DNA of 56,173 nucleotides from Candidatus Bathyarchaeia archaeon. GTDB taxonomy: Archaea > Thermoproteota > Bathyarchaeia > Bathyarchaeales > DTEX01. The translations under genes and the position numbers were made by a program. Of the stretch, positions 28,514 through 37,400 are shown piece after piece; position 1 is the first letter of the stretch; every line of letters begins with the position of its first letter. The DNA is taken from assembly GCA_038866525.1 (NCBI GenBank), contig JAWBZG010000002.1, positions 1-56,173 of the forward strand, given 5' to 3'. Under the pieces are notes generated by a model that was not told where the DNA came from, searched no databases, and saw only the letters and a list, made by a program, of their open reading frames with translations.

Positions 28514-28648
28514 ATTTTATTCCCCCAAATAAAATTTTAGAGTGTTATGCTAAAAAATTTAACATTTTCCTAAAAACTTGCCTAAATAAAAAATTAGATT
28601 TTTTCATCAATAAATGTGCAAATTTTGATAAAAAGCGGCGTAAGCTAA

Positions 28649-28675
28649 GAAAGCAGAGGATTTTTAGCCGTTTTT
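28649..28675 (-). repeat. Composite motif copy 3 (X-Y order on the minus strand): AAAAACGG-CT-AAAAATCCTCTGCTTTC
   Basis: AAAGCAGAG and ATTTTT are shared exactly with 3832..3846. The AAAAACGG block is also shared. Confidence 0.5.
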
Positions 28676-28793
28676 ATTCTAGGAATAATTAAGGCAAATG
28701 GGAATGGAAAGAAGGACGGGGCATGTTTTCAGAAAAACTATTTATTTTTCTAAGTAAAATTGTTTAAGTGCGGTTGGGAGAAAGGATTAACCT

Positions 28794-30317
28794 ATGTGCC
28801 CTAATGATGAAGAATATGTTTTGGTTTATGATTGTGGGTCAACTAACATTAGAGCCGTTGCTGTTGACGCAGCTGGCAACATAAAGGCATTTTCAAGCCT
28901 ACCTAATAGCCCACGCCAGCAGCCTGATGGTAAGCCCGGATGGCTAATTTGGGATATGGAAGACATTTGGCGCAAAATATGCCTAGTCTCTCGCGAGGTT
29001 CTAAGAGTCGTTGAGCCAAGGAAAATTAAGGCTGCCACAATAATTACTTGGGGCGCTGATGGCGCACCTGTTAAACGTGACGGTAAATTAACTTACCCTC
29101 CCATCTCTTGGCAGTGTCCAAGAACGAAAGAGGTGGCGGACAAAATTACTGAGCACATCAGCGCTTGGGAAATATTTAGGATCACCGGGTATCAAATAAT
29201 CCCATTTAACACGCTATTTAAGATAATCTGGCTTAAAAAGGAGGCTCCGGAGGCTTTAAGAGAGGCTTACACATGGCTTATGATGCCAGGTTTAATAGCC
29301 CACAGATTGACAGGGGCTTTCCACATAGATCCAACAATAGCGTCCACTATGATGGCTATGGATCTTGGAAAAAGATCCTGGTCGCGCAGGATGCTCGAGA
29401 TCGCGGATTTAGATGAATCGTTCTTCCCAGAATGGAGGGAGCCCGGCGAAATATTAGGGTATGTGACTGAGGAATCTGGAAAAGAATGCGGCTTACCTTC
29501 TAAAACTCCCGTCGTTGTCTGCGGCCATGATACGCAGTTCGCAATATTTGGCTCAGGTGCCAAGCCGGGTGAACCAGTTCTCTCCAGCGGGACTTGGGAG
29601 ATCCTCAGCATTAGGGCTGACACTTTTAATCCAACCAGAAAGGGCTTTGAGGAAGGACTGATAATTGAGGCTGACGTTGAGAAAAATCTTTGGAACCCAC
29701 AGTTTCTCATGATAGCGTCCGCGGTTATAGAATGGGTTTTACAGAATTTCTTCCGCGATATTGACGAGAAAAGGAAATATGAGATCGTAATTAGCGAGAT
29801 GGAAAAAGTCCCGCTGGGCTCTGAGGGCTTAATCTTCATACCAAGCTTTGTTAGGGAGAGCGGCCCCCTAAGAAAATATGGCGTGATGGGGTCGATACTT
29901 GGCTTAGCTCTACATTCTTCCCGCAGTCAAATAATCCGAGCGGTCTTTGAAGGCTTAACGTTCCAGATGAGGGAGGCTCTCAAAAATCTAGTCGAATCAT
30001 TGAATATTAGGGTTAACTGTATTCGCGTAGTTGGGGGCGGATCCAGAAATGATTTATGGAATCAAATGAGGGCTGACGCCGTGAAGCTTCCTGTCATAGT
30101 TCCAGCCCAAAGGGAGGCGGCAACTTTAGGCGCGGCGCTTATATCTTTTGTCGGAGCGGGATACTATGAGTCAATCGATGAGGCAAGAAGAAGCTTCTTT
30201 ACTGAAGAAAAAATATTTTATCCAAACTACGCTAATAGCGAGATATTGGATAAAGTGTTTGAGAAATATTTGAAGACCTTGGAAAACTTGAAGCGCTTAT
30301 ATGAAGCATTAGAGTAG
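28794..30317 (+). CDS. FGGY-family carbohydrate kinase (fuculo-/rhamnulo-/xylulokinase-like)
   Basis: VYDCGSTNIR, CGHDTQFAIFGSG, and VVGGGSRNDLWNQMRAD motifs. 507 aa. Confidence 0.8.
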   Translation: MCPNDEEYVLVYDCGSTNIRAVAVDAAGNIKAFSSLPNSPRQQPDGKPGWLIWDMEDIWRKICLVSREVLRVVEPRKIKAATIITWGADGAPVKRDGKLTYPPISWQCPRTKEVADKITEHISAWEIFRITGYQIIPFNTLFKIIWLKKEAPEALREAYTWLMMPGLIAHRLTGAFHIDPTIASTMMAMDLGKRSWSRRMLEIADLDESFFPEWREPGEILGYVTEESGKECGLPSKTPVVVCGHDTQFAIFGSGAKPGEPVLSSGTWEILSIRADTFNPTRKGFEEGLIIEADVEKNLWNPQFLMIASAVIEWVLQNFFRDIDEKRKYEIVISEMEKVPLGSEGLIFIPSFVRESGPLRKYGVMGSILGLALHSSRSQIIRAVFEGLTFQMREALKNLVESLNIRVNCIRVVGGGSRNDLWNQMRADAVKLPVIVPAQREAATLGAALISFVGAGYYESIDEARRSFFTEEKIFYPNYANSEILDKVFEKYLKTLENLKRLYEALE

Positions 30318-30364
30318 AAGGGTGGAAGAGAAAGGCAGGGGTGTTCAGAAGCATTAATTTGCTT

Positions 30365-31111
30365 TCACTCCAATAATATTTCTAATATCTCTCTTAGATT
30401 GTTCACCTTAAAGTCCGGCGTATCTTCTGTGCTAATTACGCTCACATTTTTACGCTGCACTAATATTGTTTTCATACCAGCTTTTTTTGCTCCCCTAACA
30501 TCTATGTCTGGCGTATCGCCGACAAAAACGGAGTTAGAAGCCTCAACCCCTAGCGCATTTAAGGCGGCAAAAAAGATCTCTGGACTTGGTTTACGCCTAT
30601 TAACCTCAGCTGAGATTATCACCACGCCCAAAAAGTCTTTAAGCCCATAAATAGTCAGGAGTTCATGGACGCATTCTGGGATCGCGAAGTTTGATATGAC
30701 GCCTGTTTTATATCCGTGTTTAACTAGGCTCTGTAGAACAAAAGCTGCGTCTTTATCTGGGCGGACATGACGTATAAATTCTTCCGAGTATGCGTTAGCG
30801 GCGCCTATAGCGATATGGCTGGTGGGAGCATAAGTATAGCCTAATTTAGCTAAGCTTTGCGAGACCCTAAAAGCAAAGTGCGGTTCCTCAAAACTTCTGT
30901 GGATCCTCTCATACAGCTGATCCCGAACCTCAGAATATGCCTGTATAAAATCCCCATAAGAGACATTAACGCCGTTTTCGCTTAGAAACTTCCAGACATT
31001 CCTCAGGCATTCTTCATTAACTTTAACTGAGCCCTCATCATGCTCTATTAGAAGCAATGTATCAAATAAGTCGAAGAGAACCGCCTTAACGCCAGCTAGA
31101 TTGCTGACCAA
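30365..31111 (-). CDS. HAD-superfamily hydrolase (subfamily IA-like)
   Basis: Motif I VLFDLFDTLL, ISNF, KP, and VGDTPDIDVRGA. Confidence 0.75.
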   Translation of the reverse strand: MVSNLAGVKAVLFDLFDTLLLIEHDEGSVKVNEECLRNVWKFLSENGVNVSYGDFIQAYSEVRDQLYERIHRSFEEPHFAFRVSQSLAKLGYTYAPTSHIAIGAANAYSEEFIRHVRPDKDAAFVLQSLVKHGYKTGVISNFAIPECVHELLTIYGLKDFLGVVIISAEVNRRKPSPEIFFAALNALGVEASNSVFVGDTPDIDVRGAKKAGMKTILVQRKNVSVISTEDTPDFKVNNLREILEILLE

Positions 31112-31272
31112 TTCCCTCCACGCGCCCAGCCTTTCTAACCATTTTAAGTGTTTTCACATACTCCACCAATAAATATAGTTTTAGGTTCTTGTAATCTTTA
31201 GCACCATATTGTTGGTTAGTTGATTTATAGTACCTTGAGCATAAGTATTTAGAGGTTAAAGAGGGTGTTGAT

Positions 31273-32094
31273 GTGCGCATAAACTGCCCTATACTTGCAG
31301 TTATTGGCTATAAGGCTTCCGGAAAGACCACGGTCGTCGAGACTTTAGTCCCCGAGCTCATCAAAGAAGGGTTTTCAGTAGCCTCCATCAAGCATATTGC
31401 ACATGAAAATTTCTCCCTTGATAGGGAGGGAAGCGATACATGGAGACATTGGATGGGTGGCGCTAACCCCGTTATAGCATTCTCGGGAAATGAAGTGGAC
31501 ATTATGGTTAGAGCGCCGAATATCTCGCTGGAAGAAGTCTCTAAAGCCACATTATTCTTCGGCGCCAACATCATTATTCTAGAAGGGTTCTCCTCAGCGG
31601 TCATCAGGGAGAGAGGTATAGGCAAGATTATATGCGTGAGGAGCCTAGAGGAATATAATGAATTCAAGAATCATGTTAAAGATGATTTGATAGCTTTCTG
31701 CTCGCTTCAAGATCTTGGAGCACATATATTGAACATTAGAGAAGACCGCAAGATTTTGATTGAAAGAACATTAAATTTCGTCAAAAGAAGGGCGAGAATA
31801 CTCGAAATATTGAATTCTCTTGCTAGGTTGGATTGCGGTAAATGTGGAAGAAATACATGTGAGGATCTCGCTGAAGAAATATATCGTGGTGCTGCAAGCA
31901 TTGAGGATTGCACCATAATGAAGATGAAAAATAGACTAAACGCTAAAATCACTGTTTATGGCAGGGACATCCCGCTACAGCCTTTTGTATCAGAGCTTAT
32001 CCGAAGAACAATTCTAGCAATGGTTTCCTCCCTAAAGAACGTAGAGATAAGCGGTGACGAAAACGTTTACGTTGATATTTCAAGGCGAAATTAG
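31273..32094 (+). CDS. mobB: MobB-like P-loop GTPase domain fused to a Cys-rich putative Fe-S domain
   Basis: VIGYKASGKTT Walker A and the KH...D..GSDTWRH MobB pattern. C-terminal LDCGKCGRNTCEDLAEEI...CT. Confidence 0.65.
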   Translation: MRINCPILAVIGYKASGKTTVVETLVPELIKEGFSVASIKHIAHENFSLDREGSDTWRHWMGGANPVIAFSGNEVDIMVRAPNISLEEVSKATLFFGANIIILEGFSSAVIRERGIGKIICVRSLEEYNEFKNHVKDDLIAFCSLQDLGAHILNIREDRKILIERTLNFVKRRARILEILNSLARLDCGKCGRNTCEDLAEEIYRGAASIEDCTIMKMKNRLNAKITVYGRDIPLQPFVSELIRRTILAMVSSLKNVEISGDENVYVDISRRN

Positions 32095-32181
32095 ATCCTG
32101 AAGAGAGCGGCGCATCGAGAAGCTTAAATGCTTGTCTCAGATAAGGATAAGAATTAAGAATAGAGTGTCGGACGGATTCAT

Positions 32182-32802
32182 ATGATGTATAAGGTGATCT
32201 TTAATAGAAGATTTATTGCCGTTGATCCAAGCAAATGTATAGGTTGCAGTATATGTGAATTCGTGTGTGCCTTAGAGAAGGAGGGCGAACCTAACCCAAT
32301 AAAATCTAGGATAAGAGTTATACATTTGAACCCAGCGCTTAACTTAGCAGTTACGTGCCGTTTCTGTGAGAACGCTCCATGTATAAGAGCTTGCCCACGT
32401 AACGCCATAAAGCAGTCTGAAAAGGGAGGAGTGCTAATTATAGATGAAGATAAATGCGATGGATGCGTCCTATGCGTACAGGCATGCCCCTTCGGTGGAA
32501 TAATGCTTGACCCAGATAGAAGGATAGTTATAACGTGTGACTTATGTAATGGAGAACCTAAATGTATAGAGTTTTGCCCCGAAGAAGCTTTAAAGCTCGT
32601 TTCCGAGGATAAACTCTTTAACGAGATGCTTCATTCGACTGTAGAAAAATTGCCGAAAACCCTTGAGGAGCTCTCCACCATAATTAAGAGCGGAAAATGG
32701 AACGGGATATTCGCTGAAGCTGAGGAGAGAACCCGGAGAATTGAAGAAAAGCTCAAGGCTCTAAAGATCATAGGAGCCAAAACCAGCACTAAAAAATTAT
32801 AG
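32182..32802 (+). CDS. Polyferredoxin-type 4x[4Fe-4S] protein
   Basis: Four cluster motifs: CIGCSICEFVC, CRFCENAPCIRACP, CDGCVLCVQACP, CDLCNGEPKCIEFCP. Confidence 0.8.
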   Translation: MMYKVIFNRRFIAVDPSKCIGCSICEFVCALEKEGEPNPIKSRIRVIHLNPALNLAVTCRFCENAPCIRACPRNAIKQSEKGGVLIIDEDKCDGCVLCVQACPFGGIMLDPDRRIVITCDLCNGEPKCIEFCPEEALKLVSEDKLFNEMLHSTVEKLPKTLEELSTIIKSGKWNGIFAEAEERTRRIEEKLKALKIIGAKTSTKKL

Positions 32803-32867
32803 CCCCTAAGCACCGAATAATAGAAAAATTTGAGAAGGGTTTCGTTTTGCAGCAGGTTCCTTTCACC

Positions 32868-33101
32868 CTACTCTGGGAAACCTCTTAAAAATTCAGAAAC
32901 CTTAGATATGCTTCTCGAAGTCTTAAATTCAAAGCCGCATTTCGGGCATTTGACGTACTCGCAGCTTAAGGAAGATAGCATTTTATCGCAGCTTTGACAT
33001 GAAACCGTTCTAGCATACAGGATATCAAACTGAAAGCCACATTCAGGGCAAATTATTATTTGTTTTCCCCGCGCCACGCTTAAATCCCCTTTTTCACCCA
33101 T
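32868..33101 (-). CDS. Small zinc-ribbon protein (77 aa)
   Basis: CPECG...CQSC and CPKCG pairs. No family recognised. Confidence 0.45.
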   Translation of the reverse strand: MGEKGDLSVARGKQIIICPECGFQFDILYARTVSCQSCDKMLSSLSCEYVKCPKCGFEFKTSRSISKVSEFLRGFPE

Positions 33102-33281
33102 CCCTTTTCCTTATTCCTTAAAAGCTTTGATGTTACTTCTGAGATAAAACTATTTTGCTGAGAGCTTCGGCAGAATGTCTTAGAACCCTCTCTTTTTATA
33201 ATTTGTGCTTAAACTTAAATAGTGATTAAGGACTAAAGTAATTATTGAAACTAATAGTGAAAGCATTTGGATGGAGTTATC

Positions 33282-33677
33282 ATGGAAAAATTTTTGCCGA
33301 TACTTGACGTTATACGGATCAGACTTGGGGAAATTCTCTCAAAGAATAAGGATGGAATGATCTCTTGGGATCTTATAAAGCTCAAGAGCGTGGGTGATGA
33401 TCTGCTTAAATTATCGGCAGACCTATATCCGCAGTTGTTTCAGGTTGGGCATAGGGTACTTTATCAGTCTATAAGGGAGGCTGGGTTAGGGATAGTGTGG
33501 AGAATATCGCTGATCGAGAGCTGCGGGGAGGTTAAAATTGAGGATAAGGAGTACTTTGAGAGCGTTTATGAGACGCTACTGAATATACATAGGAAGATTG
33601 AGAGTGGAGAATATTATAGGGCTTTAATCGAGATCGCAAATAAGAGGAAAGATGAGAAGGAACAATTTATCTTGTAA
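33282..33677 (+). CDS. Hypothetical helical protein (131 aa from ATG 33282)
   Basis: ORF only. No motif recognised. Confidence 0.35.
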   Translation: MEKFLPILDVIRIRLGEILSKNKDGMISWDLIKLKSVGDDLLKLSADLYPQLFQVGHRVLYQSIREAGLGIVWRISLIESCGEVKIEDKEYFESVYETLLNIHRKIESGEYYRALIEIANKRKDEKEQFIL

Positions 33678-33702
33678 ACAAGCAGTAGTAGAAAAGAAAT
33701 AT

Positions 33703-36417
33703 TTATTTTTGACTGCTTAAAATGCTCCCCTTGATCTTTTCAAAACCAATTAGGGATATTGAAGCTGCCTCAAGAAAAGTTTGAACTGGAACTATTTTTA
33801 TGCCACGCTCAGAGAGCATCTTCTCTACATCAAAACTCTTCAATCTGTCGTAATTGTATCTCGGCATAATCAGCACGCGGGCATACTGATCCGATAATGC
33901 TGCTTCAATCTTACCCATCCCACGATAATCAAGACCGCCAACGGGCCAAACCTCGCCCAACGCAGTTATGGCTCCAGTCATAACAACTGTTGGATCTACC
34001 TCAACGCCCGTGAAAGCTGAAAGCATCGCTATAGCTATTGCAAGCCCGGCTGAGGGGCCCGAAACGGGCGCTTTAGTCGCCCCCAGTCCATACGTCTGTT
34101 TCTCCATACCCTTCGCCGGAGTTACTATCTCAACATAGACGTCATAGTCTTTAAACTTCCAGTTTGAAATTGAATTTATGTATATGAAGGCATCGTATGC
34201 GCTCGCAAGTATGCTTTCACCAGTCTCACTTCCAACAACATGCACTTTCCCCGACCCCTTCGGATTAACAACGACTTCTATTACCCCGATAATACCGCCT
34301 ACCTCTCCACGTTCGCCGAGGGCTATAAGACCATAGCTTTTTCCGACCTCGGGCTTAGGTATTCTTACGGTCTCCAGAATCATTCTTTTAGCCTCTTCAA
34401 CCGCTTCATCGTAAGTTCTTTCTAAAGCCTTTTCAAAGTGATATAGTTTTAACGGATAGTTTTCAGGATTTATGTTTTCAAGCTTTGCCAGCAAATCTGG
34501 ATCGTCTGGCTTAATATTGAGCACTGAAAATAGGCGCTCCAAATCGTTTTCATAGAGCTTCTTTATTTCATGGACTTTTTCAGGTCTATATTTCATTGCT
34601 TGCACAAGCCTGTAGCACGCCTCAAGCTCCTTAGTTCTGAGGCGATTAGCATCATCAATCGTATCCGCAATCTTTCTTGGACTGAGTATCTTTTTCTCAA
34701 AGATCCTTAATATATCGTTGGATGTTAAACCCTCCTCCAAGTGATGCTTGTACCGCTTGAGATGAATCTCTATTATCTCAAGCTTCTCTTTCATATTCTT
34801 CGGGTAGGTAAATTCAAAGTGTCTTGTGAAACGCTCAAGTAAAGCCGGATCAAGGACATCAATACGGTTCGTTGCGCCAATGACAACGACATTTGTGAGC
34901 GGTGTGAAGCCATCTATCTCAGTAAGTAGCTGAGAGACAACTCTATCGATCACTGGATCATGAGTCCCCCTTCTCGGGGCGATGGCATCAATCTCATCGA
35001 AAAATATTATTGCAGGCGCATTTTTACGCGCATCCTCGAATATATCACGAATTGTTTTCTCGGGATCACCGTAATGCCCTTGAAGAATTGACGGACCGTT
35101 AATGTTATAGAACCAAACATTGTTCTCTCCAGCTATAGCCTTAGCCAGAAGAGTTTTACCAGTCCCCGGGGGACCATAAAATATGAAGCCTTTAGGCGGC
35201 TTATAACCAGCCTTAACCGCCAGATTGGCATCCAGCGCCAAGGAGATTTCTTTAATTATTTCCTCCTTTATTCCATGAAGCCCACCGACATCGCTATATC
35301 TTTCTCTTGGAGCTATCCTTATAATCGCCCTCTTCGCAGCCTCAGTTTTTTCCGTGGTGGTATAACTCCTTAGCTTACGCGCAGCATCTCTAAAGTCGCT
35401 TAGGCTTATCTCCACCGCGTTTTTAACCTGCTGATCGCCCTTAAATCCCAGTAGAATTCTGCCTATGATTCCGCGTTGGATAGGCTTAAACTTTTCACTC
35501 ATAACTATGTCAAATGCGTTACATACGTCCGCCGGAGTTAATCTTACTCCACCAACGCTCATCAATGAATCCTCGAGAGCATCAATTATCTTGACAGGAT
35601 CAATGTTTATGCCATATTTTTCACATTTTCTTCTAGCGATCTCGATAAGCATAGCTTTATTGACCCCGGCGTCCAAGTCTATTGTCCCTACAATTCCTCT
35701 GCGTCTAAGGGTTTCGGTAATAGTTTCATATTCATTCGTGGATATCAACAGAATACATCTATAGTTTTTCTTCTGGAGGTCATCGATTTTCTCCAAGAAA
35801 ACTGTTTGAACCCTTTTCTCCTCCATACCAACCTCAGTCGTCGATGCGAAGCGACTTCCAAAAGCATGAAATTCGTCAATCAATATTACGCTCGGTCTTT
35901 GAAAGGCTGCCTCAAAGAAGGCGCTGAGCTGCTGGGCGCTTTTACCATACCACATAGTGTAGACTTCTTCCGGCTTTAGAGAAGCATAGTAAACTATTAA
36001 ACCATACTTTAAGCCAGCTTCAAAAATCTCCCTCTGACAAGCTTCGGCGAAAAAAGTTTTACCGCTACCGGAACTTCCTTTTAATATGAAGATTTTAGGC
36101 GGTGGAACCGGGCTGCTTTTCCTAACCTCCGGGTCCTTAAATATATGATAATAAGCGCTTAAAAGTATCTTTTCAAACTCTTCATCTCTCCCAACAACGT
36201 CGTTTCTCGTAACTTTCGGGAAATCTATTCTTTTCCTTATTGCTTTAGCCTTTTTCTCAACTTCAGATTTCCTTTTTTCGGGCGGTTTTTGGAGAAACCT
36301 CCATAATCTATATTGCCATGAAGTTAAGTAAAGTAATGGTGAGAAAATCTTCCTTAACACGTGCCTATTATACCACCATTGGCTTGTGAATTCTTCCTCC
36401 CTATCTTCATCATACAT
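33703..36417 (-). CDS. Tandem classical-AAA ATPase fused to a C-terminal Lon (S16) protease domain
   Basis: D1: GSSGSGKT / VILIDEFH. D2: GPPGTGKTLLAKAIA / IIFFDEIDAIAPRRG / VVVIGATNRIDVLDPALLERF. Lon domain: PVSGPSAGLAIAIAMLSAFTG (Ser codon 34051..34053) and GGLDYRGMGKIEAAL. ATG 36417 follows a GGTGAG SD. Confidence 0.75.
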   Translation of the reverse strand: MYDEDREEEFTSQWWYNRHVLRKIFSPLLYLTSWQYRLWRFLQKPPEKRKSEVEKKAKAIRKRIDFPKVTRNDVVGRDEEFEKILLSAYYHIFKDPEVRKSSPVPPPKIFILKGSSGSGKTFFAEACQREIFEAGLKYGLIVYYASLKPEEVYTMWYGKSAQQLSAFFEAAFQRPSVILIDEFHAFGSRFASTTEVGMEEKRVQTVFLEKIDDLQKKNYRCILLISTNEYETITETLRRRGIVGTIDLDAGVNKAMLIEIARRKCEKYGINIDPVKIIDALEDSLMSVGGVRLTPADVCNAFDIVMSEKFKPIQRGIIGRILLGFKGDQQVKNAVEISLSDFRDAARKLRSYTTTEKTEAAKRAIIRIAPRERYSDVGGLHGIKEEIIKEISLALDANLAVKAGYKPPKGFIFYGPPGTGKTLLAKAIAGENNVWFYNINGPSILQGHYGDPEKTIRDIFEDARKNAPAIIFFDEIDAIAPRRGTHDPVIDRVVSQLLTEIDGFTPLTNVVVIGATNRIDVLDPALLERFTRHFEFTYPKNMKEKLEIIEIHLKRYKHHLEEGLTSNDILRIFEKKILSPRKIADTIDDANRLRTKELEACYRLVQAMKYRPEKVHEIKKLYENDLERLFSVLNIKPDDPDLLAKLENINPENYPLKLYHFEKALERTYDEAVEEAKRMILETVRIPKPEVGKSYGLIALGERGEVGGIIGVIEVVVNPKGSGKVHVVGSETGESILASAYDAFIYINSISNWKFKDYDVYVEIVTPAKGMEKQTYGLGATKAPVSGPSAGLAIAIAMLSAFTGVEVDPTVVMTGAITALGEVWPVGGLDYRGMGKIEAALSDQYARVLIMPRYNYDRLKSFDVEKMLSERGIKIVPVQTFLEAASISLIGFEKIKGSILSSQK

Positions 36418-36424
36418 TTTTATC

Positions 36425-37339
36425 TCACCCACCACCCACAATCATCCAGTAAAATTGGTGCAAAACGTAAATGCTGAAAAGAATTAATAGAACAATTAAC
36501 GCCCAACGGATTCTTGAAACACCTTCGCTCTTGTTTTTGAAATACGAATCTATTATGAAGAACGCGTTAATATAGGCGATAAACGCGCTTATTAAAGCGA
36601 AAAGCGCAGCGTTCACTGGTGTAGGAAACTTGATATTGAAGAAACTTGAGGGGGACGTTTTTTGAGCGATTAAAACTATGTTAAGTCTATAGTTTGATGT
36701 TTTATTTTCATTTGGCATCATTCTAGCGGAATATAGCTCTATAAAGTATCCTTGAGGTGTCGTTGATGCTGGCTTAGTTTTTCCATAAAAATCGCGGTCA
36801 CCTGTATAAACCCCTATAGTAGCATTCCACAAGTTACTCGATTGGAAGGATACTAAAAGATTATAAACTCCTTCTGATTCCAGCTGCACGTATATTATGG
36901 AGATTTCTCTCCCATATTGAAGCTCCCTTGGGGAAAACGAGATTCTAAAGTCGCTTGATCTCGATGCATTGCACTTAACCCATAAATCCTCTACGGGCGG
37001 CAGTATAAAGATCGCTAGCCAGTCTCCTACTTGAATTACGGCGTTAAGATTGATTTCAAAAGCCGCGGGATTTTCATCTGTATAAATTAGAGCTGAAACC
37101 TCCGTCGAGTGGAGACTTGCGACACTGCTTAAAAGAATTAAGATTATGAGAGATGCTGAAGAAAAATTCCCTAAGTTGATGAAGATATTACTCCATTTAC
37201 TATGAAAATTCTTTAATGCCATTTCGATTCTTCCAAGAAAATAATTCTTATACTTTTCAATAAACGTTTCCCTCAACAAATAAGCAGCAATAATTGAACA
37301 AAATAATTGTCTGGAAAGAAAAATGGTAACAGAAAACAT
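36425..37339 (-). CDS. Membrane protein: N-terminal signal-anchor, ~200-aa probably extracytoplasmic domain, two C-terminal TM helices
   Basis: Hydrophobic SASLIILILLSSVASL, several N-x-S/T sequons, and C-terminal TMs (VNAALFALISAFIAYINAFFII, IRWALIVLLILFSIYVL). The stop lies 7 nt before the AAA-Lon ATG. An alternative start is ATG 37222. Confidence 0.5.
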   Translation of the reverse strand: MFSVTIFLSRQLFCSIIAAYLLRETFIEKYKNYFLGRIEMALKNFHSKWSNIFINLGNFSSASLIILILLSSVASLHSTEVSALIYTDENPAAFEINLNAVIQVGDWLAIFILPPVEDLWVKCNASRSSDFRISFSPRELQYGREISIIYVQLESEGVYNLLVSFQSSNLWNATIGVYTGDRDFYGKTKPASTTPQGYFIELYSARMMPNENKTSNYRLNIVLIAQKTSPSSFFNIKFPTPVNAALFALISAFIAYINAFFIIDSYFKNKSEGVSRIRWALIVLLILFSIYVLHQFYWMIVGGG

Positions 37340-37400
37340 TATTTAAGATCGAAGATTTACAGTATAATGCTGTAGCGCCATTTGAGCGGACTGAGAGTTT

